Source: Candidatus Eiseniibacteriota bacterium (GTDB lineage: Bacteria; Arandabacterota; Arandabacteria; Arandabacterales; Arandabacteraceae). From it: a stretch of 64,000 nt of DNA. Positions 1-9,463 of the stretch are shown here, piece after piece; position 1 is the stretch's first letter, and every line of letters begins with the position of its first letter. The notes under the pieces are model-generated. The model worked only from the letters and a program-made list of their open reading frames with translations. It had not been told where the DNA came from and did not search any database. Made by a program: the position numbers and the translations under genes. The stretch lies in contig JAZDEY010000044.1 of the NCBI GenBank assembly GCA_043808325.1, forward strand, positions 89,943-153,942, in the 5' to 3' direction.

Positions 1-2
1 GG

Positions 3-944
3 GGGATAAAGGCCACCGTCCGGCTGGTAAGGCAGGCCTCGGAGGAAACTCTGGCGGCAGCCGGTCTCGCGCGTGTGAGGGCGATGGTGGAATCTGGAAC
101 CACCACCGTCGAGATAAAGAGTGGCTACGGACTGAGCCTCGATGCGGAGCTCAAGATGCTTCGTGCGATAAGGCGCATTGGGGAGGAATCTCGGATCGAC
201 GTGGTCGCCACCTTTCTTGGAGCCCACGAGATCCCTGACGAATTCGCCGGGCGTCGCGGCCGCTATGTTGATCTGGTGGCTGAGGAGATGATCCCGGCAG
301 TTGCGAGTGCCGGACTGGCGGAGTTCTGCGACGTCTTTTGTGAGAAAGGCGTCTTTACCCCCGAGGAATCGCGCAGGATTCTCATTCGCGCCAAGGAGTC
401 GGGGCTTAAGCCCATGATTCACGCCGACGAATTCGTTGCCTCCGGTGGGGTCGAGGTCGCGGCCGAGGTCGGCGCGGTGTGCGCCGCGCATCTTGGCTAC
501 GCGCCACGCGCGGGGCTTGAGGCCATGAGGCGGGCGGGCACGGTTGCGGTCCTCCTTCCGGGGGTCGGCCTGGGCTTAGGAAAGCTGGAATTCGCCGACG
601 CGCGCGGCATGATCGAGATGGGCCTTGATGTCGCGCTGGCCACCGATTTCAATCCCGGGAGTTCCATGGTTCATTCGCTTTCGATTGTATCAAGCCTCGG
701 CTGTTCCTTTATGAAGATGACGCCCGCCGAGGCCATCCTGGCAGTGACCCGGGGAGGCGCCAAGGCCCTCGGCCGAGATGATACGGTCGGGAGCCTCGAG
801 CCCGGCAAGAAGGCCGATCTGGTCTTGTTTGACATCCCGGACTTCAGGTATATTCCTTATCATGTGGGTGGGGCGCGCGTCAAAATGGTTATCAAAGACG
901 GCAGGACCGTCTATACTGGAGATCGTATGGAGGCCGACCAATGA
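3..944 (+). CDS. hutI: imidazolonepropionase HutI, 5' end outside window
   Basis: The frame is open from position 3 and the listed ORF starts at 75. The translation GIKATV...TTTVEIKSGYGLSLDAELKMLRA and the His/Asp-rich amidohydrolase C-terminus are typical of HutI. The stop overlaps the ftcD start as ATGA. Confidence 0.8.
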   Translation, partial: GIKATVRLVRQASEETLAAAGLARVRAMVESGTTTVEIKSGYGLSLDAELKMLRAIRRIGEESRIDVVATFLGAHEIPDEFAGRRGRYVDLVAEEMIPAVASAGLAEFCDVFCEKGVFTPEESRRILIRAKESGLKPMIHADEFVASGGVEVAAEVGAVCAAHLGYAPRAGLEAMRRAGTVAVLLPGVGLGLGKLEFADARGMIEMGLDVALATDFNPGSSMVHSLSIVSSLGCSFMKMTPAEAILAVTRGGAKALGRDDTVGSLEPGKKADLVLFDIPDFRYIPYHVGGARVKMVIKDGRTVYTGDRMEADQ

Positions 945-2494
945 GGAAGATCGTGCAATGTGTGCCCAACTTCAGTGAAGGAAGGCGCAAACACGTGGTT
1001 GACGCGATTGTGGCCGAAATCGCGAGTGTCCGGGAGGCCCTTGTGCTCGACGTTGAGATGGATGCCGATCATAACCGTTGTGTCGTTACCTTTATAGGAA
1101 CGCCTGTCGCGGTCGAAGAGGCTGCGCTTAAGGCGGTGGGTAAGGCAGCCGAATTGATAGATTTGAGGTATCACAAGGGAGAGCATCCGCGAATGGGCGC
1201 GACGGACGTGGTTCCGTTTGTCCCCATCTCAGGTGTCACGATGGCTGAGTGCGTCGAGATTGCCCGGCGCGTCGGAGAAAAGGTGGCAGGCGAGTACCAC
1301 ATCCCGGTCTATCTATATGAGTCGGCCGCCACTCGGCCTGACAGGGAGGACCTTGCGCAGGTGAGGAAAGGCGAGTTCGAAGGCCTGAGTGTGGAGATCG
1401 AGACCAACTCTGATCGCCGTCCGGATTTCGGCGCTGCCAAGATCCATCCCACGGCCGGAGCGACTGCAGTGGGTGCAAGGATGCCGCTGGTGGCCTTCAA
1501 CGTGAACCTGTCCACCGGTGACATCGCGGTCGCCAAGAAGATAGCCAAGGCCGTGAGGGGGCGGAGCGGCGGACTGCGCTACGCAAAGGCTCTTGGCTTC
1601 GAGATAAGGGAACGCGACATCGCCCAGGTTTCGATGAATCTGGTAAACTATGAGAAGACACCGATCCACAGGGCGTTTGAGCTTGTAAGGCTTGAGGCCG
1701 CCAGATACGGGGTAAACGTGATCGGGAGTGAGATTGTCGGGTTGGTGCCCCTTCAGGCGTTGGTCGATACGGCGGATTACTTCTTGCGGCTCGAGAACTT
1801 CACCTCGGCCCAGATCCTCGAGAGCCGGCTTCAGGAGAAGCTGGCCGAAGCCCAGGCAAGCACCTCGGGTGGATGGTCGGCCTTCGTGGACTCGGTCTAT
1901 GACAGCACGCCGACCCCCGGTGGCGGCAGTGTCGCAGCCCTGGCCGGAAGTCTCGCGGCCGCTCTCGCCGGGATGGTTTCTCAGCTTACGCTCTCAAGCA
2001 AGAAGTACCGGGATGTCAGCGCCGAGATGGAGCAAGTGCGTGTCGAGGCCCGTAGCGTGATGGATGTTCTCAGGTCAAAAGTGACCGAGGATTCCCGGGC
2101 CTTCGACAAAGTGATTAAGGCGATGAAGATGCCGCGCCTCACCGACTCCCAGAAAGCCGCAAGGCACCAGGCAATGCAGGAGGCTTTCAAGCAAGCGGCC
2201 GAGGTCCCCGCCAGCGTCCTCAAGGAGTGCCGCCGTATGGTGCCGCTCGTCGAGGCCGTCGCCGCGCGGGGTCACCAGGCTTCGCTCTCGGACGCCGGGG
2301 TTGCGGCCCTGATGTGCATCGCGTGCGGCGAGGGAGCGGTCTTGAACGTCATGATCAATCTCTCATCGATAGAGGATGCGGAATTTCGGGCCTCATGCAG
2401 GGCCAGGGTTCTCAAGGAGCTGGATGATCTGACGAGGAGCGTGGCCCCGATCCTTTCGCGTGTCAAGTCGACCTTGACCCAGGGCGGCGAGTAG
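941..2494 (+). CDS. ftcD: bifunctional glutamate formimidoyltransferase / formimidoyltetrahydrofolate cyclodeaminase
   Basis: The N-terminus VQCVPNFSEGRR is the formiminotransferase signature. The C-terminal 200 aa (SAFVDSVYDSTPTPGGGSVAALAGSLAAALAGMV) look like the cyclodeaminase domain. It sits immediately downstream of hutI. Confidence 0.8.
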   Translation: MRKIVQCVPNFSEGRRKHVVDAIVAEIASVREALVLDVEMDADHNRCVVTFIGTPVAVEEAALKAVGKAAELIDLRYHKGEHPRMGATDVVPFVPISGVTMAECVEIARRVGEKVAGEYHIPVYLYESAATRPDREDLAQVRKGEFEGLSVEIETNSDRRPDFGAAKIHPTAGATAVGARMPLVAFNVNLSTGDIAVAKKIAKAVRGRSGGLRYAKALGFEIRERDIAQVSMNLVNYEKTPIHRAFELVRLEAARYGVNVIGSEIVGLVPLQALVDTADYFLRLENFTSAQILESRLQEKLAEAQASTSGGWSAFVDSVYDSTPTPGGGSVAALAGSLAAALAGMVSQLTLSSKKYRDVSAEMEQVRVEARSVMDVLRSKVTEDSRAFDKVIKAMKMPRLTDSQKAARHQAMQEAFKQAAEVPASVLKECRRMVPLVEAVAARGHQASLSDAGVAALMCIACGEGAVLNVMINLSSIEDAEFRASCRARVLKELDDLTRSVAPILSRVKSTLTQGGE

Positions 2495-2504
2495 GAGGAC
2501 TGAG

Positions 2505-3623
2505 TTGGCGGAGATTTCCGAGATCAGAAAGCGGGCTCACGGGTACGTGCAGCACGGCGACCTGGACGCCGCCCTTGAAGAATACGGCAAGTTGCTGAGC
2601 GGCGAGTCGGTGGACCCCAACATCTATAACCTGATGGGTGACGTCTACATCAAGAAGAGCGAGAAGGAAGAGGGCTTCCGGCAGTATGAAGAGGCAGTGC
2701 GCGCCTACCGGAAAGACGATCTCTACAGCAATGCGATCGCCGTATGCCGCAAGATGATAAGGCTTGACCCCGGCTACTTCGAGGCAAGTCGCCTGCTGGG
2801 CGAACTCCATTCGGACCAGGGTTTCGTAAGTGAGGCGTCGGGCTATTTTCTCGAATATGCAGAGAAGCTGATTGGCAGGGGAGACCTGGTAAGGGCCGCT
2901 GAGGTACTAAGGCGGGTGATCGAGGGAGCTCCGGCAGGGGTCAGGGTAAGGGAGCATCTGGCCGAGGTCTACCTCAGTCTTGGCATGACCGACGAGGCAC
3001 GAAGCGAGCTGATTGCCGCCGGGGAGATTTACGAGCACGAGGGGGAGCACGACAAGGCGGCCGCCCTCAAGGCAAGAGTTCAGGAGATCAAGGGCAGCGG
3101 ACGCACCCAGACTGAGGAGGCCAGTGTCGAGGGCAAAGGGACGGACAAGGTCGAGATCGTTCACAAGCGCATAGGCCTTGCCCACCACGTGCCGCTGAAG
3201 ATTGACGAGGTTCTGAGAAGTTTCCGGGAAGAGATCAAGCAGGCGATCGGGGAAGAGGACTATCAAAGTCACTATGATCTCGGAATGTCCTATCTCAACA
3301 TGGAATTCTACGATGAAGCCCTGGCCGAGTTCAGCCTGGCTCAGAAGCAGCCCGAACTGCGGCTTCGGAGCATTGAAATGGTGGGAAGGTGTTTCATGGA
3401 GCGTGATGATGTCGAGCTGGCGATCGAGGAGCTCAAGGCCGGACTCGAGCTCAAAGGGTACTCGGAGGCCGAGTATCTGGGCCTGAGATACAATCTCGCG
3501 ATGGCCTACGAGAAACTTGGCGAGCTGGATCAAGCTAGACAACATTACCGAGAGATCTGCCGCGCGGATCCAAGTTTCCGTGACGCGAGGATCCGCCTCG
3601 AGGAACTGAGCCGCAAGAAATGA
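2505..3623 (+). CDS. TPR repeat protein
   Basis: TTG start 7 nt after a GGAGGA RBS. The protein consists of repeated 34-aa helical TPR-like units (YNLMGDVYIKK..., YSNAIAVCRKMIRLDP..., HYDLGMSYLNMEFYDEALAEF...). Confidence 0.6.
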   Translation: MAEISEIRKRAHGYVQHGDLDAALEEYGKLLSGESVDPNIYNLMGDVYIKKSEKEEGFRQYEEAVRAYRKDDLYSNAIAVCRKMIRLDPGYFEASRLLGELHSDQGFVSEASGYFLEYAEKLIGRGDLVRAAEVLRRVIEGAPAGVRVREHLAEVYLSLGMTDEARSELIAAGEIYEHEGEHDKAAALKARVQEIKGSGRTQTEEASVEGKGTDKVEIVHKRIGLAHHVPLKIDEVLRSFREEIKQAIGEEDYQSHYDLGMSYLNMEFYDEALAEFSLAQKQPELRLRSIEMVGRCFMERDDVELAIEELKAGLELKGYSEAEYLGLRYNLAMAYEKLGELDQARQHYREICRADPSFRDARIRLEELSRKK

Positions 3624-4450
3624 AACCGCCGAATGGTAGCGCCGATCTTCACGTTCATACCTGCTTTTCCGATGGGGACATGATGCCCGAGGAGGTCGTG
3701 TTTGAGGCCAAGCGGATCGGCCTTGCTGCGGTGGCGATAACCGATCACGATGCGATCGGAGGCGTCGAAATCGGGATCGAAGCAGCCGGATCCGGTGATC
3801 TTGAAGTGGTTCCCGGAGTGGAACTCAGCACGTCCGACGGCAAGGCCGACGTTCACGTGCTTGGCTATATGATAGATGTCCGGGATGAGAACCTCCTTAG
3901 ATACATCAAGATCTTCGCGGATGCCCGGCGCGTGCGCGGTCTGGAGATGGTCCAACGCCTGAAGGGCATGGGGGTCAATATGGATCCCGATCAGGTACTG
4001 GAGATCGCGGCGGGCGGCGCCGTCGGCAGGCCGCATATTGCGGAGGCGTTGGTCAGGGGCGGGTTTGTGGGATCCCACGAGGAGGCCTTCAGAAAATTCA
4101 TTGGGTTCGAGTCGCCGGCATACGTCCCCAAGTATCACCTCGAACCTCACATTGCCTTCGAACTGATAGCGAAGGCCGGTGGTATCGGAGCCATCGCCCA
4201 TCCGGGAACCCTGAGGCGGGACGGCTTGATCACCGAATACATGGCGTGCGGGATGAAGGCGATCGAGGTCTATCACCCTAAGCACAGTGAGAAACATGCC
4301 GCGCACTACCAGAGAATGGCCGACAAAATGGGACTGGTTGCCACCGGGGGCTCCGATAGCCATGGAAGGCGGGACGGGAATCTGTTGCTTGGCACGTGCA
4401 CCGTTCCTTCGTCCGCAGTCGACCAGCTCAGAAAGGCCCGTTCCTACTAG
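3620..4450 (+). CDS. PHP-domain metal-dependent phosphoesterase (TrpH/YcdX-like)
   Basis: ADLHVHTCFSDG and AITDHD are PHP-family metal-binding motifs. The start overlaps the upstream stop as ATGA. Confidence 0.7.
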   Translation: MKPPNGSADLHVHTCFSDGDMMPEEVVFEAKRIGLAAVAITDHDAIGGVEIGIEAAGSGDLEVVPGVELSTSDGKADVHVLGYMIDVRDENLLRYIKIFADARRVRGLEMVQRLKGMGVNMDPDQVLEIAAGGAVGRPHIAEALVRGGFVGSHEEAFRKFIGFESPAYVPKYHLEPHIAFELIAKAGGIGAIAHPGTLRRDGLITEYMACGMKAIEVYHPKHSEKHAAHYQRMADKMGLVATGGSDSHGRRDGNLLLGTCTVPSSAVDQLRKARSY

Positions 4451-4582
4451 ACCCGGCGATCAGGCCCGGTGGTTCCGGGCAAGGGCTCGGGTCCTGGCCA
4501 GCCGGCCATGGCGAATCCCTCCGAGAACAGGCCTTGACAAACCATGTGAAGATCGTGTAAACGTATTGACATATAGATCAAG

Positions 4583-4745
4583 TGTGGGCGCCGCAGGCTT
4601 AATAGGGAAGCACTCAAGCGCGGCCCCGCCACTGTAGTCGGCGACGAAACCCGCATGTGCCACTGGGGCAACCCGGGAAGGCGCGGGGAGTAGGATGACC
4701 CGATAGCCAGGAGACCTGCCCACACCGGTTTGGAGTACTGCCTTC
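4583..4745 (+). ncRNA. cobalamin (AdoCbl) riboswitch, cis-regulatory leader
   Basis: Conserved cobalamin-riboswitch blocks are present in order: AATAGGGAAG (4601-4610), CCGCCACTGT, GCCACTGGG...GGGAAGG, and the B12 box AGCCAGGAGACCTGCC (4705-4720). It lies in a 350-nt intergenic leader, with TTGACA promoter-like hexamers at 4534 and 4566. Confidence 0.75.
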
Positions 4746-4797
4746 GAGGGGAGGTGACTGCAAGCCCCGGCCTCGCCCGTGCGGCTGGGCTTCTTCT

Positions 4798-5412
4798 ATG
4801 CGGAAGGACCTCGCTACAACCGCAATCCTTATCGCCCTGGCTGTCGCAGTTGGGATCCTGCTCGCAACCGTGCCCAACGTCGAAGGTATATCGGCTGTAT
4901 GCTTCTTCTCGGGGTATCTTGTCGGCTGGAAGCGCGGGGCAACGATCGGGGCCACGGCGATGCTGTTACTATCATTGCTTAACCCCCTGGGCCCGGCGCC
5001 TCCGCCCGTGCTTGCCTCGCAAGTGGCCGGCATGGCCGTGGTGGGTGCCGCAGGAAGCGTGTTTCGCCGGGTTGGCGGTCGGCTGCTTGGAGTGGGTTTC
5101 TGGGCCGCGGGCTTCGGCGCCGGCCTCACGCTCGTCTATGACGGCCTTACCAACTACGGGGTCGCGGTCTCTATCGGAAGATGGCGCGCCCCCATCCCAA
5201 TTCTCCTTGCCGGCGTCCCATTTGCAGTGATCCACATAGCCACCAACGCCTTGATCTTCGGAGCGGTATCTGCCCTGGTCACGCGCAAGCGGTGGCCCGG
5301 GGCGCACGGCGTGAGGCAGGCAGCCGACCGCACGGCGCAGGACCGGCGCCGGCAGGCAGTTGAGGATTTGAATAGGACTACCCAGGATCCGCAAGGGAAG
5401 GATCGGCACTGA
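4798..5412 (+). CDS. small polytopic membrane protein, putative cobalamin-related transporter (ECF S-component / BtuM-like)
   Basis: About 5-6 hydrophobic helices with an Arg-rich cytoplasmic tail. It sits directly downstream of the cobalamin riboswitch and upstream of a BtuB-like receptor. The functional call comes from context only. Confidence 0.45.
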   Translation: MRKDLATTAILIALAVAVGILLATVPNVEGISAVCFFSGYLVGWKRGATIGATAMLLLSLLNPLGPAPPPVLASQVAGMAVVGAAGSVFRRVGGRLLGVGFWAAGFGAGLTLVYDGLTNYGVAVSIGRWRAPIPILLAGVPFAVIHIATNALIFGAVSALVTRKRWPGAHGVRQAADRTAQDRRRQAVEDLNRTTQDPQGKDRH

Positions 5413-5442
5413 GAACAGGTGGACAATCAAGGAGGGTGCGTG

Positions 5443-7380
5443 ATGGCCGTGGGTCTCGGAAAAATATCGGCTGCGATAGCAATGGTTGGTTGGTTGGGTT
5501 CGGCCCTGTTGGGTTCGGGTGGGGCCCACGCCGAGGTCGGTGCCGACAGTGTGTCTGCCGGCGCTCAGGTCTCTCAAGATTCCCTCGTTTCCCGGGATTC
5601 TCTCGGGGTCTACCGGCTCGAAGAGATCCTTGTTACTGCGAGCCGCTTGCCCTCGAATAGGCCGCTATTCTTCAGCAACGTGGCTGTGGCGTCCGAGACC
5701 CAGATCCGGGAGCTTGCATCCGCAAGCGCGGCCGAGGCCCTCTCCGTCGACTCCGGCGTCGGCCTGATCAGATACGGGTCCTACGGGTCCCTCGAGACAA
5801 TGACCCTGAGAGGGGGAAGTTCCAATGAGGTTACCTACCTCTTGGACGGAGTCCCGATCGCCGATCCTCAGATCGCCGTGATGGACCTCAATTGGCTGCC
5901 GATGTCCGGAACGGCGCGCGTCGAGGCCATGAAGGGCGGAGCATCAGCGCTATACGGTTCGGGAGCGATTGGCGGTGCCGTCAACCTCGTCTCCCTGGAT
6001 GCCATGCCGGAAGTGCCTTCAAGTGAGGTGACGGGCTGGAGGGGGAGTTTCGACTCGAGGGCGGTAGGTCTCACACTGCGCCGTTCATTTGCCGGCCGGC
6101 TGGGATTCCTCGGAGCCTATGACGACATCAAGTCTGGGGGATGGCTTCCGAACAGCGCCTACAATGGCGAGAAACTCTACGGCAAGATGACCCACAGGAC
6201 GGCCGGAGGAATCCGAGCGGACGCGGTCGGCTTCAAGCATACCAGTGAGATTGAGATCCCGGGGAGCATGCCCGGTGTAGAGAAAGATCGCAGAAGCTTC
6301 GTCCGGTTCTCCCTCGCGAGCCTTGACGAGAGCGGCTTTCTCCTCAGTTACCATCATTCGGCGTCGCACCAGACCTACGTCTCCCGGAGCAGCCTCTTCC
6401 CGCCCTATCTCTACAAGCACGAGGGCAGGCTTGATGGAGTCCAGCTTGAAGCATACGGCCGTTCGGACACGAGCGAAGCGTCGTCTTTAGGCCTGGGCGT
6501 AGAGCGGAAGCTGATGGAAAGCAATTCAGTCGGCAGTCGATCTGCTACCGACGCCTACTTGTCGGTCCAGAGGGAAATCAGCCAGGGACCGGTCAGGCTC
6601 ACTGGAAGTCTGAGGATCGAGAAGAACTCCGAATTCAAGATGGAGTTGTCTCCCCAGATTACAGCGTGGCTCTTCCTGCCGGGCGAGGTCGCCCTGTTCA
6701 CCAAGATTGACCGCAGCTTCATGTACCCGAGTTTCAACGACCTTTACTGGAGGGGACCCAATGAAGCGGGTGATCCCACCTTGAGAACCGAGCACTCAAG
6801 AGGTTTCGAGCTGGGCACCCACCTTAAGCGCGGGCCGGCGCAGGCCGGAGCCACATTCTACTATCGGAATGTGGACGATATGATCCTGTGGCGAGCGGAC
6901 CAGACCTGCATTCCCGTCAGGTCCACCAACCTCGAGGCCCGCCTCAAGGGACTTGAGCTCTCATGCGACTTGACTCCCGGTTGGGGACTGGAGGCTTCGC
7001 TCAGCTACTGGGTCGGCAGCGCCCGGGACGGTGCGGGCAGGAGGATCGAGTACCGGCCCGACAACATCTTCACCTGGTCGGTCAAAGCGGAGCGGGATCT
7101 TACCAGGCACGTCTCCTGTGGGACTGTATTTGCCGGAAGAAATGTATCCGGGGTCTACTCGGGCGATCAATACGACTATACGGACTTCACCTGCCTGCGC
7201 GGCACCGGCCTGCCCCGCTACTCCTCGGCGCTCCTCTACGCCTATGTGGGAATCGACCGTGCGCGGCTGTTCGCCCGGGTCACCAATCTCTTCAATGCTC
7301 GGATCTATTCCACCTGGGGTATGCCGGGCCTGCCCCGGCGAGCCTACGAGATTGGTGCGTCCTGGGAGCTCCGGGACTGA
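5443..7380 (+). CDS. TonB-dependent outer-membrane receptor, BtuB-like
   Basis: Signal peptide, TonB-box-like EEILVTAS, a plug domain (SNVAVASETQIRE...TLRGGSSNEVTYLLDGVPIADP), and a long beta-barrel of about 650 aa, which is BtuB size. The ATG at 5443 is preferred over the GTG at 5419 because the RBS AAGGAGGG precedes it. Confidence 0.8.
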   Translation: MAVGLGKISAAIAMVGWLGSALLGSGGAHAEVGADSVSAGAQVSQDSLVSRDSLGVYRLEEILVTASRLPSNRPLFFSNVAVASETQIRELASASAAEALSVDSGVGLIRYGSYGSLETMTLRGGSSNEVTYLLDGVPIADPQIAVMDLNWLPMSGTARVEAMKGGASALYGSGAIGGAVNLVSLDAMPEVPSSEVTGWRGSFDSRAVGLTLRRSFAGRLGFLGAYDDIKSGGWLPNSAYNGEKLYGKMTHRTAGGIRADAVGFKHTSEIEIPGSMPGVEKDRRSFVRFSLASLDESGFLLSYHHSASHQTYVSRSSLFPPYLYKHEGRLDGVQLEAYGRSDTSEASSLGLGVERKLMESNSVGSRSATDAYLSVQREISQGPVRLTGSLRIEKNSEFKMELSPQITAWLFLPGEVALFTKIDRSFMYPSFNDLYWRGPNEAGDPTLRTEHSRGFELGTHLKRGPAQAGATFYYRNVDDMILWRADQTCIPVRSTNLEARLKGLELSCDLTPGWGLEASLSYWVGSARDGAGRRIEYRPDNIFTWSVKAERDLTRHVSCGTVFAGRNVSGVYSGDQYDYTDFTCLRGTGLPRYSSALLYAYVGIDRARLFARVTNLFNARIYSTWGMPGLPRRAYEIGASWELRD

Positions 7381-7568
7381 AGCAGTATTGGCTTGACACC
7401 TCTTCCGGCTGCATTGTAGGCTCAGGGCGCGATGAACCGCGTGGTCTTGGTGGTTTTGCGGTTGTGGGGGCATTAATGGTGACTCGGGCCTCTGATTGCT
7501 CGGACCTTGACCCTAGCACGAAACTTCCTCAGTTGCGTTGGCAGAAAACACGAGCGAGGTGAGCAGCT

Positions 7569-8096
7569 GTGAACCTGGTGGATGGAGCGATAGTTCTGGT
7601 GATGGTTGCCGGTTTCATTCATGGCGCGATAAAGGGCGCCATTCAGGAAGTTACGGGTGTAGTCGCCCTGATTGTGGGCGTCGTGGTGGCTGGCAAGGTC
7701 GCAACTGGAACCCTTTCGGTGACGGGCACGCTGTCACACCCCACGGCAGGGAAGATATTTGCCTTCGTAGTCGCCTTCATCATAGTGGCTGTCGCCATTG
7801 GCCTGCTGGGTACGGTCATCTCAAGAATGGTCAAGAAGAGCACCCTCTCACCGATCGATAGGATCCTCGGAGGCGTTATCGGAGCATGTCTGGTGGGCAT
7901 TGTTGTGGGGCTGGTTTTTAAGCTGATGGTGATGGGAGGCCTTGGGGGGGACGCGATCCCTGCCTCGCCGCTTGCGCAGAAACTGATGAACGCGGTCTCA
8001 TATCTTACAAGATTCCTCCCCCAGGGATCCGACGAGGGGGCCAGGTCCGCGACCTACATCTCGACTGCAATCGGAAGAGTGTTCGGTGGAGCTTAA
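7569..8096 (+). CDS. cvpA: CvpA-family membrane protein
   Basis: A 175-aa four-helix membrane protein with CvpA-like architecture (MNLVDGAIVLVMVAGFIHG...). Confidence 0.6.
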   Translation: MNLVDGAIVLVMVAGFIHGAIKGAIQEVTGVVALIVGVVVAGKVATGTLSVTGTLSHPTAGKIFAFVVAFIIVAVAIGLLGTVISRMVKKSTLSPIDRILGGVIGACLVGIVVGLVFKLMVMGGLGGDAIPASPLAQKLMNAVSYLTRFLPQGSDEGARSATYISTAIGRVFGGA

Positions 8097-9462
8097 TCCC
8101 GAGATATTCCGAGAGTACGATATAAGGGGCAGGGTCGGAGTCGATCTCACCGACCGTAGCGTTGCCCTGCTTGCCAAAGCGACTGGTTCATACCTCCAGC
8201 AGCATGGCGCAAAGCGGGTCTCGCTTGCCAGCGACAACAGACTCAGTTCCGATGGCTTCCGAGGGATCGTGGCTCGGGAGCTTGCCGGTTTGGGGCTCGG
8301 CGTGACCGATTTCGGAGTGATCCCGACGCCGGTCTTCTATTTCACGCTCTTCCGTTACCCTGTTGATGGCGGGATTATGATAACGGGCAGCCACAATCCA
8401 CCCGAGTTCAACGGCTTCAAGGTGGCGAGCGGCAAGTCCACCATATACGGCGATGAAATCCGGAAGATAAGGGATATCGCCGCGAGAATCGGCTCGACCC
8501 CAGGCGGAGGCCGGATCGAAAAGGCCGATCCCAGGGAAGCTTACATCGAGGCGGTCCTCAGCCAGATCGACATCAAGCGGAACCTTCGAATCGCAGTAGA
8601 CTGCGGCAACGGCACCGCCGGGCTGGTGGTCCGGGATATGTTTGCAAGGCTGGGCACATCGGCGGAGTTGCTTTACAGTGAACCGGACGGCAGGTTCCCC
8701 AATCATCACCCCGATCCGACTGTGCCCCGCAATCTCGAGGATCTTATCCGTGCGGTCAGGGGCGGCCGGCTTGAGGCGGGAATCGCTTATGACGGTGACG
8801 CCGATCGAATCGGCGTGATCGATGAGAAATGCGAGATCCTGTGGGGAGACAAGCTTCTCATACTGTTCGCAAGAGACATAATCGCGCGCCACCCAGGTTG
8901 CAAAGTGATCTTCGAGGTCAAGTGTTCTCAGGCGCTCCCGGAAGCGATCACCTCAGCCGGCGGTGTGCCCATAATGTGGAAGACCGGCCATTCTCTGATC
9001 AAGGAAAAGATGAAGGAGGAAGGGGCGCTGCTGGCGGGGGAGATGAGCGGCCACATTTTCTTCAATGACCGCTACTACGGTTATGACGATGCGGTGTACG
9101 CTTCCTTGAGGCTGCTGGAGATTCTCTCGAGAAGCAGGTCAAGCCTATCGTCCCAATTGAGCGATGTGCCCAAGTATTTCATCACGCCCGAGATAAGACT
9201 AGATTGTCCCGACCGCCTCAAGTTCAAAGTGGTCGAGGATCTGAAGCACCTGCTCAAGCCGGACCACCAAGTGATTGATATCGATGGTGTAAGAGTGGTC
9301 TATCCCGACGGCTGGGGGCTCGTAAGAGCTTCGAACACACAGCCGGTGCTGGTCCTGAGGTTCGAGGCCCGGACCCAGGCAAGGCTCACCGAGATCCGCG
9401 CCGAGTTAATGTCCCGGCTCCAGGAGGTTGGCGGCGCAAATATCGGCATTCCGGAGGCATGA
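8086..9462 (+). CDS. phosphomannomutase/phosphoglucomutase
   Basis: Active-site motif GIMITGSHNPPEFNGFKV and a metal-binding loop DGDADR, about 458 aa. Adjacent to manC. Confidence 0.8.
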   Translation: MELNPEIFREYDIRGRVGVDLTDRSVALLAKATGSYLQQHGAKRVSLASDNRLSSDGFRGIVARELAGLGLGVTDFGVIPTPVFYFTLFRYPVDGGIMITGSHNPPEFNGFKVASGKSTIYGDEIRKIRDIAARIGSTPGGGRIEKADPREAYIEAVLSQIDIKRNLRIAVDCGNGTAGLVVRDMFARLGTSAELLYSEPDGRFPNHHPDPTVPRNLEDLIRAVRGGRLEAGIAYDGDADRIGVIDEKCEILWGDKLLILFARDIIARHPGCKVIFEVKCSQALPEAITSAGGVPIMWKTGHSLIKEKMKEEGALLAGEMSGHIFFNDRYYGYDDAVYASLRLLEILSRSRSSLSSQLSDVPKYFITPEIRLDCPDRLKFKVVEDLKHLLKPDHQVIDIDGVRVVYPDGWGLVRASNTQPVLVLRFEARTQARLTEIRAELMSRLQEVGGANIGIPEA

Positions 9463-9463
9463 A

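Noticed and set aside
4441-4530. GC-rich hairpins (GCCCGG-tggtt-CCGGGC, GGCCAGCCGGCC) after the PHP gene as a terminator.
   Set aside because: No U-tract follows. They may be structured but cannot be called an intrinsic terminator from sequence alone.
5419-5442. The GTG start at 5419 for the TonB-dependent receptor.
   Set aside because: The RBS AAGGAGGG lies inside it, and the ATG at 5443 gives a normal signal peptide. It was kept as an alternative only.
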